From positions 9,430 through 73,429 of the forward strand of contig JAFMAB010000003.1 of the NCBI GenBank assembly GCA_029785215.1: a stretch of 64,000 bases of DNA, given 5' to 3'. Position numbers and translations under genes: made by a program. A model generated the notes under the pieces. That model was not told the DNA's origin, ran no database searches, and was given only the letters and a program-made list of their open reading frames with translations. Positions within the stretch are counted from its first letter, which is position 1, and each line of letters begins with the position of its first letter. This DNA comes from Nitrososphaerota archaeon (GTDB lineage Archaea; Thermoproteota; Nitrososphaeria; Nitrososphaerales; Gagatemarchaeaceae). Below are positions 53,991 through 63,789 of this stretch, piece by piece.

Positions 53991-55478
53991 ATGATGGCTA
54001 TAGACGGAGTGATCGCATTTCTCTCGCTGTTCGTCGTCTTCGTCGCCCTCGGGTTCTTCGGGTCACGCTGGAGGCGGGGCGACATGAACAACCTCAGCGA
54101 GTGGGCGCTCGCGGGGAGGAGGATGGGGACGTACCTGGTCTGGTTCCTCGTAGGCGCGGACCTCTATACAGCGTACACCTTCATCGCGATTCCGTCAGGG
54201 GTCTATGCGAAGGGCGCCATATACAATTTCGCAGTCCCCTACGTCGCTCTGACGTTCGGGATAGCCATCCTGTTCATGCCGAAATTCTGGCGCATCACAC
54301 GCGAGAAGGGGTACATCACCGGAGCCGACTTCGCGAAAGGGACGTTCAACAGCACGACTCTGGCCATACTGATCGCCATAGTTGGGATAGTCGCCGAGCT
54401 CCCCTACATCGCGTTGCAGATAGTCGGGATGCAGGCCATCCTGACCACGATGCTGGCTGGGGTGTCAAACGTGACGACCGACTCAGAGATATCGCTCATC
54501 ATCGCGTTCATCGTCCTCGCCGCATTCACCTACACGAGCGGGCTCAGGGGAGCCACCCTCACGGCGGTCCTGAAGGACATCCTGATATTCGGAGGGGTCA
54601 TAGCAGTGATAGCGGCGGTGGCAATCGGCGGGGGCTTCTCCGCTGGCTTCACCGCCAAGCCTGTTTACTCGACATTGGCTCCGGCGCTGGAGAACGCGTA
54701 CTGGAGCATATTCATCGTTAGCGCGCTGGCGCTTTACCTGTACCCACACGCGATGAACGGGGTCCTCAGCGCACAGGACGCAGAAAAGGTGAGGAAGAGT
54801 TCCGCGCTCCTTCCGATCTATGGCGTAGGGCTCGGGCTGCTCGCGCTGTACGGGGTCGTCATCTATGGAAACTCCGCTGCCCTTCACTTCGTGAAGGCGA
54901 ACGGTGGGAGCGGCCTCCTTGTCGTCCCATCCATAATACAGAGCGTCTTACCGCCTTGGGCCGCAGGTATAGCCTTCCTGGGGATTTTCATCGGGGGCCT
55001 CGTCCCGGCCGCTATCATGGCCATCTCCCAGGCGAACCTGCTCACGAGGAACATCGTCAAGGTCTTCAGGCCCAACCTGTCTCCGGCCGGGGAGACGCAG
55101 ATAGCGAAGTGGGCGTCCGTCGCCTTCAAGTTCATCGCCCTGGCTTTCGTCTTCGTAGTCAATTCGACATACGCGGTCCAACTGCAGCTCTTCGGGACGA
55201 TACTCGTGGTCCAGACTCTCCCTTCAATCTTCGGAGGCCTGATTACGAACAGGCTGAACAAGTACGGGCTCATCGTCGGCCTGGTGGCGAGCGAGCTTCT
55301 CGGAATCTACCTGATGGCGGATGCGAACAAGTTCGGCACGTGGTCGACCTCGTTCTTCAACACCCCGCCCTTCGGGGCCTTCTATGTAGGCGCGACAGCG
55401 CTGGCCCTCAACCTGGCCATAGTCTTGGTCGCGACCCTGGTATCAAGGCCTAAAGCCGTCGTGACGCAGGGCGCTTAG
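53991..55478 (+). CDS. Sodium:solute symporter family transporter
   Basis: 495 aa with about 13 hydrophobic segments and an SSS-like N-terminal pattern (GRRMGTYLVWFLVGADLYTAYTF). Confidence 0.8.
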   Translation: MMAIDGVIAFLSLFVVFVALGFFGSRWRRGDMNNLSEWALAGRRMGTYLVWFLVGADLYTAYTFIAIPSGVYAKGAIYNFAVPYVALTFGIAILFMPKFWRITREKGYITGADFAKGTFNSTTLAILIAIVGIVAELPYIALQIVGMQAILTTMLAGVSNVTTDSEISLIIAFIVLAAFTYTSGLRGATLTAVLKDILIFGGVIAVIAAVAIGGGFSAGFTAKPVYSTLAPALENAYWSIFIVSALALYLYPHAMNGVLSAQDAEKVRKSSALLPIYGVGLGLLALYGVVIYGNSAALHFVKANGGSGLLVVPSIIQSVLPPWAAGIAFLGIFIGGLVPAAIMAISQANLLTRNIVKVFRPNLSPAGETQIAKWASVAFKFIALAFVFVVNSTYAVQLQLFGTILVVQTLPSIFGGLITNRLNKYGLIVGLVASELLGIYLMADANKFGTWSTSFFNTPPFGAFYVGATALALNLAIVLVATLVSRPKAVVTQGA

Positions 55479-55510
55479 TGTAAGTAGCCGTCCTTCCAGG
55501 CGGTCGAAGA

Positions 55511-56530
55511 ATGAAAGCCGCGCAGTTCGAAACGCCTGGAGGGCCGGAGGTCCTCTCCTACAGAGAGGTCCGAGACCCCGAACCTGGTGGTTCAGAGGTC
55601 GTCCTGCGCGTGTCCTTCTGTGGCGTCAACAGAATCGATGTATGGGCACGGAGCGGGAAATACAAGACGTCTCTGCCGCACATCCCGGGGACAGACATCT
55701 CCGGCGAGGTAGTAGCATCAGGGCCGGGGGTCAAGGGTGCCCTGCCTGGGGACAGGGTCTTGGTCTATCCTGTACTCTCCGACGGGTCGTGCGTCTATTG
55801 CCGCCAGGGCAGACAGAACCTCTGCCTATCCAGGGGGTTCGTCGGGATCGCGACAGACGGAGGCTACGCAGAGCTCGTCAAGGTCCCTGCTGACAATCTC
55901 ATCCCTCTGGGTGGCCTGGACCCCAAGACCGCTGCGTGCCTCCCTGTAAACTTCGGGACGGCCTGGAACGGCCTCGCGGGGAAGGCTGGCGTCGGAGGAG
56001 GGGACACGGTCCTGGTCTGGGGGGCCGCCGGCGGGCTGGGCCATGCAGCGGTCCAGGTCGCCAAACACCTCGGAGCGACCGTCATCGCCGTGGTGGGCGA
56101 TGAAAAGAAGAGCGGGTTCGTGAAGTCTCTGGGAGCAGACTCCGTGGTCGTCTCGAAGTCTGGCGACCTCGTAGAGAAGGTCCGCGCCCTCACCGACGGA
56201 CTCGGCGCTTCGGTGGTCTTCGACCACGTAGGAGGGGACACGTGGCCCATCAGCCTCGACTGCCTCGCGAAGGGAGGGCGGATGGTGACGCTCGGTCTCA
56301 CTTCGGGGGCCAAGGCAGAGTTGGACGTCCGCAGAGTGTATCAGGATGAGCTGAAGCTGATGGGGGTCTACGGACAATCCAGGGAAGACCTGAGCGCGGT
56401 CATGACGCTTGCTGCCTCAGGAAAACTGAAGCCCGCTGTATACAGGAATCTCCCGCTCAGCTCGGCGAGGGAGGCCCATGAGATTGTCGAGTCCCGCGAG
56501 GTGCAGGGGAAGGTCCTCCTGAGACCCTGA
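55511..56530 (+). CDS. Zinc-type alcohol dehydrogenase / quinone oxidoreductase family protein
   Basis: GVNRIDVWARSG, PHIPGTDISGEV and VWGAAGGLGHAAVQ motifs. Confidence 0.85.
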   Translation: MKAAQFETPGGPEVLSYREVRDPEPGGSEVVLRVSFCGVNRIDVWARSGKYKTSLPHIPGTDISGEVVASGPGVKGALPGDRVLVYPVLSDGSCVYCRQGRQNLCLSRGFVGIATDGGYAELVKVPADNLIPLGGLDPKTAACLPVNFGTAWNGLAGKAGVGGGDTVLVWGAAGGLGHAAVQVAKHLGATVIAVVGDEKKSGFVKSLGADSVVVSKSGDLVEKVRALTDGLGASVVFDHVGGDTWPISLDCLAKGGRMVTLGLTSGAKAELDVRRVYQDELKLMGVYGQSREDLSAVMTLAASGKLKPAVYRNLPLSSAREAHEIVESREVQGKVLLRP

Positions 56531-56583
56531 GCACAGCAGGGTTTCGCTTCGTTTATAGGCCGAGCCGGGTCGACTTCCGCACG

Positions 56584-57096
56584 TTGTACACCAGCACGGT
56601 AGTAGATGACGAGGCCCGCGCCATGACGGTCATGAAAGGGATGGAAGAAGCGTGGGCGCGCAAGGACGAATCGTACTTCATTGAAGTCCTCAGGAACGAG
56701 CCGAGCCTAGTCCTCCGTGTCCACGCCGTCTGCATCCTGGCGGAGGTCGGAGGGGAGGAGTCTGTCCCAGCCCTGGCGGACGTCTTGCTTCATGATCCCG
56801 ATCCCTTGGTCCGCCATGAAGCGGCTTTCTCTCTTGGTCAGATCGGGCTCTCGGAGGGGAACAAGGCGCTGGCCAATGCGGTAATCGAAGACAAAGACCC
56901 AATCGTCAGGCACGAATCAGCAGCCGCCCTTGGTTCGGTCGGGAGCCCCGAGTCGGAGGCCGTCCTCATGGAGGCGGAGTCTGACCCCGACGAGATGGTC
57001 AGGAACTCGGCGAAGGCGTCCCTCTTCAACATAAGGTTCCTGAAGCAGTACTCCTCCTCAGGGGAGACAGCCAGGGACAGGGCCCCCAGACCCTAG
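56584..57096 (+). CDS. HEAT-repeat (PBS-lyase-like) protein
   Basis: Repeated (D/E)P.VRh.AA.ALG units: DPLVRHEAAFSLGQ, DPIVRHESAAALGS, DEMVRNSAKASL. Confidence 0.6.
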   Translation: MYTSTVVDDEARAMTVMKGMEEAWARKDESYFIEVLRNEPSLVLRVHAVCILAEVGGEESVPALADVLLHDPDPLVRHEAAFSLGQIGLSEGNKALANAVIEDKDPIVRHESAAALGSVGSPESEAVLMEAESDPDEMVRNSAKASLFNIRFLKQYSSSGETARDRAPRP

Positions 57097-57113
57097 CCTC
57101 CAACCCTTAAGTC

Positions 57114-57887
57114 ATGGGAGCCGGCCCGTCGGACCGCTTGAGGCTGGAGGGGAAGAGGGCCCTTGTCACCGGTTCCTCTCAGGGGATAGGCGCGGGGGTG
57201 GCAAAGCTCTTTGCGAAAGAAGGGGCGACGGTAGCAATCAACCACCGTCGGCGCTCGCCTCACGGGGAACCAGTCCTCCGGTCCATCAAGAGCGCTGGTG
57301 GGAAGGCCTTCGTTGTCCACGCCGACGTCTCGGACAGCTCAAGCGTCGATGCGATGTTCGATGAAGTCAGTGGGAAGCTGGGGGGCCTGGACATCCTGGT
57401 CAACACAGCGGGCTTGGCAGACCCGAAGCTGTGGAGCCTCAGCCTGGAAGACACCACCCTCGAAATGTGGAAGCGGGTCTTCGCCGTCGACGCCTTCGGC
57501 ACCTTCCTCTGCGTAAAAGGCGCAGCCAGGCTGATGGAACGCGGTTCTTCCATAATCAACGTCGCATCGATACCGGCCCTCGTGGGCGACACCGACGGTC
57601 TAATCTATGCCTCGGCCAAAGGGGCGGTCGTCTCCATGACCAGGATGCTGGCGAAGATGCTCGCCCCGAAGATCAGGGTGAACTGCATGGCGTTCGGGTC
57701 GATCGAGACTTCCTGGGTGAGCTGGCTGGGCGAAGAACAGAAGCGCTCCTACCTCGGCGCCATCCCCCTGGGGAGGTTCGGAAGGCCGTCGGAGGCTGCC
57801 AGCCTCGCGCTCTTCCTGGCCAGCGACGAGTCCAGCTACATCACCGGGCAGGTGGTGTCCCTCGACGGGGGAGAGGCACCCCGCTAG
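57114..57887 (+). CDS. Short-chain dehydrogenase/reductase (FabG-like)
   Basis: VTGSSQGIGAG cofactor motif and YASAKGAV catalytic Tyr-x3-Lys. Confidence 0.85.
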   Translation: MGAGPSDRLRLEGKRALVTGSSQGIGAGVAKLFAKEGATVAINHRRRSPHGEPVLRSIKSAGGKAFVVHADVSDSSSVDAMFDEVSGKLGGLDILVNTAGLADPKLWSLSLEDTTLEMWKRVFAVDAFGTFLCVKGAARLMERGSSIINVASIPALVGDTDGLIYASAKGAVVSMTRMLAKMLAPKIRVNCMAFGSIETSWVSWLGEEQKRSYLGAIPLGRFGRPSEAASLALFLASDESSYITGQVVSLDGGEAPR

Positions 57888-58096
57888 GCCCCCGCTGCGC
57901 GATAGAGCCCCCCTTTCTTCTCAAGCTTCGCCAGCGCGGCTTCCACGCTGTCGGCCTCGCTGACTACCCCGTTTTCGATCGCCTTCTCCCATAGGCCTAT
58001 GAACGTCTCCAGCCCCTCTCTCACCTGTTCGTCCTTCCCTGACTTGGTCCTTTCCAGCTGCCGTAGGTAGTCGCGTACACTGACGGTCTCGCTCAC
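57884..58096 (-). CDS. 70-aa hypothetical protein coupled to the MVD-like gene
   Basis: GTG 58096 overlaps the upstream TGA as GTGA. The longer ORF-track frame (to 58417) lies inside the upstream gene and is not credible. Confidence 0.4.
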   Translation of the reverse strand: MSETVSVRDYLRQLERTKSGKDEQVREGLETFIGLWEKAIENGVVSEADSVEAALAKLEKKGGLYRAAGA

Positions 58097-59043
58097 AGGA
58101 TCCTCGCCTCTCCACCGACCCCGGAAAGGTACGCCCTGTAACCGAGTTTCTCCATGGCATTCAGAACCTTGTCTTGGTCCTTCTCGTCTGTGTTGATGAA
58201 GACCGACGGCCCGGTCTGCATGGAGTAGTACGCCTTTATCCCGTCCTCCCGCATGTCTCTCACCTTCCTGATTATCCTGATGGAGTCCTCTGTCATTATG
58301 ACCAGACCGCTGTCCCCGGTCATGGTCAGGCTGTGGAGTTCGAGGGTGTCCCTTTCTGCCAGCCTGCCGATGGCGTCGAGGTCGTTCCCCCGGATGGCCT
58401 TCTCCATCTCGTCGCACCGCTTCTGGGCTGACTCCACCCTCGCCTGGAAGAAGGGAGAGGTGAGCACCTCTCTGTGCGCGTCTTCTGTCCGTACCCTCGA
58501 CGGGAGGGGGACGACCACCATGCGCAGGTCCATCACCTTGGCGTCGGCGAACCTCTCGGCGTAGGTGCTTTCGTCATCCTTCCCCGCATACAGCCTCGAA
58601 AAGCCGCCGACCAGAGACCGCGAGGCGGACGCTGCGAACAGCCGAGCCTTCCTGGAGAGTCGGGGTAGGTCGGGGGTGGTCCCGGTCAGGAGCCTATGGG
58701 CGAGGAGGGTCAGCGCCGCGCCAGCCGATGATGAGTAACCTATCCCTTTCGCCTTCCCTGTTGGGACGTTCCGGCTGTCTATCCTGAGGTCGACGACCCT
58801 CTTCGAGGGGTCCATACTAGACACGACCCCCTGGAGCCGGACGTTGGCGGAGTCGTTCTGCCTTCCTTCTATGAAGACACCCCCCCTCTCTGTGTCTGTG
58901 ATAGACGCCTCCGTCTTCATGCAAGTCGTGTTGACTGAGATGCTGTCGTGGTACGGGAGCCTCAGCTTCCAGTCCTTGAGGCCGTGATACTTCACCAGCG
59001 CTTGCATGGTGTACGCCTCTGCCCTGAACCTCGCCAACGTCAC
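58093..59043 (-). CDS. Mevalonate-diphosphate-decarboxylase-family GHMP kinase (function variant uncertain)
   Basis: Collinear with yeast MVD from memory: LVKYHGLKDWKLRLPYHDSISV, GHMP motif GIGYSSSAGAA, ARLFAASASRS. AYYSMQTGPSV stands where AYTFDAGPNAV is expected. Confidence 0.7.
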   Translation of the reverse strand: MTLARFRAEAYTMQALVKYHGLKDWKLRLPYHDSISVNTTCMKTEASITDTERGGVFIEGRQNDSANVRLQGVVSSMDPSKRVVDLRIDSRNVPTGKAKGIGYSSSAGAALTLLAHRLLTGTTPDLPRLSRKARLFAASASRSLVGGFSRLYAGKDDESTYAERFADAKVMDLRMVVVPLPSRVRTEDAHREVLTSPFFQARVESAQKRCDEMEKAIRGNDLDAIGRLAERDTLELHSLTMTGDSGLVIMTEDSIRIIRKVRDMREDGIKAYYSMQTGPSVFINTDEKDQDKVLNAMEKLGYRAYLSGVGGEARIL

Positions 59044-59504
59044 TCCACCTCTATCTCGAGTGTCCCCGTGGTCGCAGGACTCCTCAGCAGCCTGACCATG
59101 TCCCTGGGGATGTCCTTCGCGGCTGCGCTCGCCCCCACCGCTAGCGTCCTGTCGCTGACGAACCCGCTCTTCCTGATCACGATATCATGCGGATGGGAAA
59201 GCTCGAGCCTGGAGTCCCCCTGAGCCGCGGCCTGGAAGGTGCGCCCTCCGACTCTAATCCTGATGGTGACCTTGGCCCCTGTCCTCCGCAACCCTTCCCT
59301 CACAGCCTGGCTGATCCCGGCGCACCCTTTGTCAGCCCCGACGCCTATTATGCAGTCACCCTTCTCCGTCAGATGTCCGTCGGTGGTGACCTCCATGGTG
59401 GTAGCATGGGTGGACCTCACCATCGGGTGACCTCGGAAGCTCACTTCGTCCCTGACTGGTCCGCCTTCCCTCACCGATGAAACCTCCCTGGGGGTGGCTA
59501 ACAT
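59040..59504 (-). CDS. DUF371 (COG2090) protein
   Basis: FRGHPMVRSTHATTMEVTTDGHLTEKGDCIIGV pattern. Its stop overlaps the MVD-like GTG start as GTGA. Confidence 0.55.
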   Translation of the reverse strand: MLATPREVSSVREGGPVRDEVSFRGHPMVRSTHATTMEVTTDGHLTEKGDCIIGVGADKGCAGISQAVREGLRRTGAKVTIRIRVGGRTFQAAAQGDSRLELSHPHDIVIRKSGFVSDRTLAVGASAAAKDIPRDMVRLLRSPATTGTLEIEVE

Positions 59505-59566
59505 CGTAGCTCCAGCCCACTGACAACGTCTTTATAGTTTCGAGGCTCCGCCGTCCCCAAGTCCCC

Positions 59567-59818
59567 TTGACCACGGAGTATGAACAGTTGCTCTCAAGGA
59601 TGCTGGAAGAGAAGAGGGCCAAGCTGGCCGAGTTGACTGGGAAGAAGGGGACCGACAAGGACTCGGCGTCAGTGGCGTCAGACATCAAGTTTCTGGAGGT
59701 AGAGCTCCAGCGATATCAGCAGGGGATGGCACTGTTCCGGACGAAGAACCCCCCCCGGGTAGGCCGCTGGGGGACGCCCGAGGCGGAGGAACGCAGAGAA
59801 GAAGCGCAGCGGGCTTGA
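59567..59818 (+). CDS. Small charged coiled-coil protein
   Basis: 83 aa from a TTG start; 4-nt overlap with the downstream OCD-family gene. Confidence 0.3.
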   Translation: MTTEYEQLLSRMLEEKRAKLAELTGKKGTDKDSASVASDIKFLEVELQRYQQGMALFRTKNPPRVGRWGTPEAEERREEAQRA

Positions 59819-60756
59819 CGCTAATCCTGTCAGAGGCGGACGTCGAGGGCCTCCTCGACATGGACGAAGTGGTGAGTGTCGTTGAAGAGGCCTTCCGGAG
59901 GAAGGGGCAGGGCGAAGCGGAGAACTTCATGCGAACTAGGACTAGAGGGGCATCGTCCACGCTGAGCGTGATGCACGCCAGCATGCCATATCTCGGGCGC
60001 GCCGGGTTGAAAGCCTACCTCTCCTCTAAGTCCGGCACGAACTTCGTGGTCGTCCTCTTCGACGCAGCCGACTCCAAGCCGCTCGCAGTGATGGGGGCGG
60101 ACATGCTCGGCAGGTTCAGGACTGGGGCCGCTTCTGCCGTGGCTACGAAACATCTCTACAGGAACGCCTCTGGGTCGGTCGCAATCTTAGGCTCAGGGAA
60201 GCAGGCGCTGACCCAGATTCTCGCCCTCCGATCCATCATGTCGGTGGAGGAGGTGCGGATTTGGAGCCCCAACGAAAGGAGCCGAGGCGCCTTCGCCAGG
60301 GCGCTGGAAGAGAAAGGCTTCGCCGCAAAGGCGTTCGGCTCTCCTGAGCAGGCCGTCAGGGGTGCCCAGATTGCCACCACCATCACTTCGTCCACCTTGC
60401 CCTTCCTGGATGGTGCCATGCTCAGGGGTGTATCTCACGCCAACATCTGCGGCGCCAACGTCCCGACCCACGCCGAGATCTCGACCGACGCGGTCGCGTC
60501 ATTCCAGACGGTGGCAGTCGACGACCTCGCCCAGGCCAAGCTCGAGTACGGGGAGCTAATAAGGGCGGCAGAAGCGGGGCAATTCTCATGGGACTCAGCT
60601 GTGGAGCTGGGCGAGGTGGTCGCAGGGAGGCGGCAGCCCGAGGGACGTACCCTGTTCAAGTCAGGGGGGGCGGCCATCGAAGACGTCGCCGTGGCCAGCG
60701 CGCTGTACGAATTGGCGAGGGCTGGCGGGACCTTCCTTGATGTGAAGCTAGTCTGA
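59815..60756 (+). CDS. Ornithine cyclodeaminase / mu-crystallin family protein (possibly alanine dehydrogenase-type)
   Basis: ILGSGKQA NAD motif and the overall OCD_Mu_crystallin pattern. Confidence 0.75.
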   Translation: MTLILSEADVEGLLDMDEVVSVVEEAFRRKGQGEAENFMRTRTRGASSTLSVMHASMPYLGRAGLKAYLSSKSGTNFVVVLFDAADSKPLAVMGADMLGRFRTGAASAVATKHLYRNASGSVAILGSGKQALTQILALRSIMSVEEVRIWSPNERSRGAFARALEEKGFAAKAFGSPEQAVRGAQIATTITSSTLPFLDGAMLRGVSHANICGANVPTHAEISTDAVASFQTVAVDDLAQAKLEYGELIRAAEAGQFSWDSAVELGEVVAGRRQPEGRTLFKSGGAAIEDVAVASALYELARAGGTFLDVKLV

Positions 60757-60765
60757 GCCTCTACC

Positions 60766-62400
60766 CTACATGGGCGGCATGCCGCCCATCCCTCCGCCTC
60801 CTGGCGGGGTAGGGGGGGCCTTCATCTTGCTCGCCGCTATCACGTCGTCGATCCTGAGGATCATCGACGCCGCCTCGGTCGCCGCGCGGAGTATCTGGAG
60901 CTTCACCGCGAGGGGCTCCCACACCGACTTCGAGTACATGTCGGTAACCTTCCCGTTGAGAGCATCGACTCCATACCACTTCCCCTCTTTGCCGTGCTTC
61001 GCCCTCAGGTCGACCTGCGTGTCAATCGGGTCCATCCCCGCATTCTCTGCGAGCGTCAAGGGGATGCTCTCCATGGCGTCGGCGAACTTCAGGGCAGCGA
61101 GCTGCTCCCTCCCAGAGAGCTTCTGCGCCCAGTTGCGTAGCTGTATCGAGACCTCCTCTTCGGGAGCACCGCCGCCGGCTACGACCGCAGGAAGCTCGAC
61201 GACGTCCTTCGTCACCATCAGCGCGTCGTGGAGCGCCCTCTCGGCTTCGTCCACCACCCGTTGGGTCCCTCCCCTCACGAGGATGCTCACTGCCTTCGGG
61301 TTCTTAGCCCCCTCTAAGAACACCCACTTGTCTTCTTCGAGCTTCCTCTCTTCCACCAGCTTCGCATACCCAAGGTCCTTCGAGGTGAGGTCATCGAGGT
61401 TGGTGACGATCCTGGCGCCGGTCGCCTTCGCCAGTTTGGTCATGTCGCTCTCCTTGACGCGCCTCACCGTCAGAATCCCTGACTTCGCGAGGAAGTGCTG
61501 CGCGAGGTCGTCGATCCCCTTCTGGCAGATCAGAACGGTCGCCCCGGCCGCCCGGACCTTCTCCACCATCCCCTTCAGGATGTTCGTCTCCTCGTCCATG
61601 AACTGCTGCATCTGCTGGGGGTCGTTGATCCTTATCTCAGCTGAGAACTCAGTCTTCTCGATCTCCAGGGCCGAGTTGACCAGAGCGATTTTCGCCTCGG
61701 CTACACGCTTGGGCATCCCTGAGTGGACGACTTCCTTGTCCAGCACCAGCCCCTTGATCATCTGCGTGTCCGTGAGGGCTCCGCCCGGCTTCTTCTCGAC
61801 CTTAACGTTGTCTATGTCCACCTTGAACCCGTCCCCGCGCTTCTCCGCTACCTGAAGCACTGCGTCGACCACTATCCCGGCCAGGTGTGGAGAGTCTTCG
61901 TTCACCAGCTTCGTCATCATGCTGGTGTTCGCTACCTTCAGCAGGTCTGCCCTGCTCTCGGGGTTGACCTTCTCCGCTATCGCCTCGAGGATTTCCTGGG
62001 CCTTCTCTGCGGCTCGGCCGTACCCGTCCACCACCACCACGGGGTGGACGTCCTTGTTGATCAGCTCCTCTGCCTTCTCGAGCAGCGCCCCTGCCACCAC
62101 CACCGCTGACGTCGTCCCGTCGCCGACTTCGTTGTCCGTGGCCTTGCTTATCTCAACCATCATCTTCGCCGCCGGATGCTGGACGTCGAGCTCCTTCAGC
62201 ATCGTCGCGCCGTCGTTGGTTATGGTGACGTCTCCCATGGAGTCGACGAGCATCTTGTCCATACCACGCGGCCCCAGTGAAGTCCTGACAACTTCGGCGA
62301 TGAGCTTCGCTGCGGCGACGTTGTTCCTCTGAGCCTCCCTCCCTCTAGACTCACCGGAACCCTCTTTCAGAATTATGACAGGCTGTCCAGTCGCTGACAT
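60766..62400 (-). CDS. ths: Thermosome subunit (group II chaperonin)
   Basis: LGPRGMDKMLVD, ITNDGATMLKE, GDGTTSAVV, VAGGGAPE, and a C-terminal GGMGGM tail. Confidence 0.95.
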   Translation of the reverse strand: MSATGQPVIILKEGSGESRGREAQRNNVAAAKLIAEVVRTSLGPRGMDKMLVDSMGDVTITNDGATMLKELDVQHPAAKMMVEISKATDNEVGDGTTSAVVVAGALLEKAEELINKDVHPVVVVDGYGRAAEKAQEILEAIAEKVNPESRADLLKVANTSMMTKLVNEDSPHLAGIVVDAVLQVAEKRGDGFKVDIDNVKVEKKPGGALTDTQMIKGLVLDKEVVHSGMPKRVAEAKIALVNSALEIEKTEFSAEIRINDPQQMQQFMDEETNILKGMVEKVRAAGATVLICQKGIDDLAQHFLAKSGILTVRRVKESDMTKLAKATGARIVTNLDDLTSKDLGYAKLVEERKLEEDKWVFLEGAKNPKAVSILVRGGTQRVVDEAERALHDALMVTKDVVELPAVVAGGGAPEEEVSIQLRNWAQKLSGREQLAALKFADAMESIPLTLAENAGMDPIDTQVDLRAKHGKEGKWYGVDALNGKVTDMYSKSVWEPLAVKLQILRAATEAASMILRIDDVIAASKMKAPPTPPGGGGMGGMPPM

Positions 62401-62422
62401 AAAGTCCGGTATACAACCGATG

Positions 62423-62432
62423 GTTTATAAGA
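62423..62432 (-). promoter_or_regulatory. TATA-like box (minus strand TCTTATAAAC) upstream of the thermosome gene
   Basis: Lies 23-32 nt upstream of ATG 62400. Confidence 0.45.
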
Positions 62433-62513
62433 GTTGTTCCGGGTCGAGGAAGCACATCCGTACGGAGAGAGGGAATTCTTAAGTGCGGCCAGTTAAGGAC
62501 GCCGCCGAACGTT

Positions 62514-63209
62514 TTGTCCGCCACCCCGACCCTTTCGAAGAAGCTCGCGGCTGAGGCTGTGGGGACCTTCGTCTTCGTCCTCGTCGGCGCTGGGTCTGCC
62601 GTCGGCACCGCAAGCCTGGTCGGTCCTAATTCGGCCGCTGCGATACTCATCGCTGCCCTCGCGAACGGGCTCGGGCTCGGGGTGGCGATCTCGGCCACCA
62701 TGGCCGTCTCCGGCGGGGCTCTGAACCCGGCGGTCACCCTGGGTCTTTGGGCGGGGAGGAAGCTGAAGTCCAGAGACGTAGTGCCGTACATAATCGCGGA
62801 ACTGGTTGGGGCGACAGCCGCCGGACTGGCGCTGGAGGCCTCCTTCCCATCGGCCCTCGGGGACAGCGTTAAGTGGGGTTCGCCGACCCTCAGCAGCGCC
62901 CTGACAGCCGCTCAAGGGATGGCAATCGAAGGGCTACTGACGTTCGTGCTCGTCTTCGCCGTCTACGGGACGGCGGTCGACCCTAGGGCCCCACGGATAG
63001 GCGGACTGGGCGTAGGGCTTGCAGTGGTGGCTGACGTCCTGGTTGCTGGGAACCTCACCGGCGCAGCAATGAATCCGGCGAGGGCGTTTGGCCCTATGAT
63101 CGCGTCCGGGTTCTACCCTGGCTACTGGTACATCTATCTCGTCGGCCCTGTGCTTGGTGGAATCGCCGCCGGGCTGGTCTACAGGTACCTGATAGAGAGC
63201 AGAGCCTGA
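62514..63209 (+). CDS. aqpM: MIP-family aquaporin (AqpM-like)
   Basis: Two NPA boxes (GGALNPAVTLG and GAAMNPARAFG) and six hydrophobic segments. Confidence 0.9.
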   Translation: MSATPTLSKKLAAEAVGTFVFVLVGAGSAVGTASLVGPNSAAAILIAALANGLGLGVAISATMAVSGGALNPAVTLGLWAGRKLKSRDVVPYIIAELVGATAAGLALEASFPSALGDSVKWGSPTLSSALTAAQGMAIEGLLTFVLVFAVYGTAVDPRAPRIGGLGVGLAVVADVLVAGNLTGAAMNPARAFGPMIASGFYPGYWYIYLVGPVLGGIAAGLVYRYLIESRA

Positions 63210-63241
63210 AAAGGGTCGCTAACAGATAAATCAGGAGAATA

Positions 63242-63727
63242 GTGAGGAGTTTGAAGTCCACGATGGGAAGACTCAGCAGGGAGCAGGCAAAGGAAATCCT
63301 CGTCGGCCTTGACTCCGCGCTGGGGAATTCCAATGGGAGGGCCGCGAGGGACGCCGTCGCGAAGTTCCTGAACGCCTCTGTCTCCACCTACTCGTGGGTA
63401 GGGATCTATGCCGTCGAAGGGAACGACCTGGTCCTAGAGTCCTGGGCTGGGCCTTCACCTACGGAACACACCCGCATCCCGATAGGGAAGGGCGTGTGCG
63501 GCTTCGCCGCCAAGGCTGGGAGGACAGAGATAGTCTCTGACGTAGGGAAGGACCCGAGGTATCTCCAATGCTTTCTTTCGACGAAGGCGGAAATCGTGGT
63601 CCCGATCTTGCACGACGGACGGGTCGTGGGGGAGATCGACATAGACAGCGATCAACTGGACGCGTTCTCGTCGGTCGACAAGGAGTTCCTTGAAGCTATG
63701 GCAAAGAAGGTCAGTGCCGTCTGGTAG
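63242..63727 (+). CDS. GAF-domain protein (free methionine-R-sulfoxide reductase-like)
   Basis: WVGIY...GKGVCG...EIVVPI...GEIDIDS pattern. Confidence 0.7.
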   Translation: MRSLKSTMGRLSREQAKEILVGLDSALGNSNGRAARDAVAKFLNASVSTYSWVGIYAVEGNDLVLESWAGPSPTEHTRIPIGKGVCGFAAKAGRTEIVSDVGKDPRYLQCFLSTKAEIVVPILHDGRVVGEIDIDSDQLDAFSSVDKEFLEAMAKKVSAVW

Positions 63728-63789
63728 CCAGAATTCAATAACATACGTTATAATCCTTAAATACGAACCGGGGTTCGGCGATTCAGGTT

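Noticed and set aside
58097-58417. The upstream two-thirds of minus-strand ORF 57884-58417 (177 aa).
   Set aside because: It lies inside the MVD-like gene in another frame and is Arg/Gly/His-rich junk. Only the last 70 codons, from GTG 58096, look like a real coupled gene.
62398-62412. AAAGTCCGG, a look-alike of the RNase P CR-I core.
   Set aside because: It abuts the thermosome start codon in the promoter-proximal spacer with no surrounding RNase P-like structure. It is a chance match.
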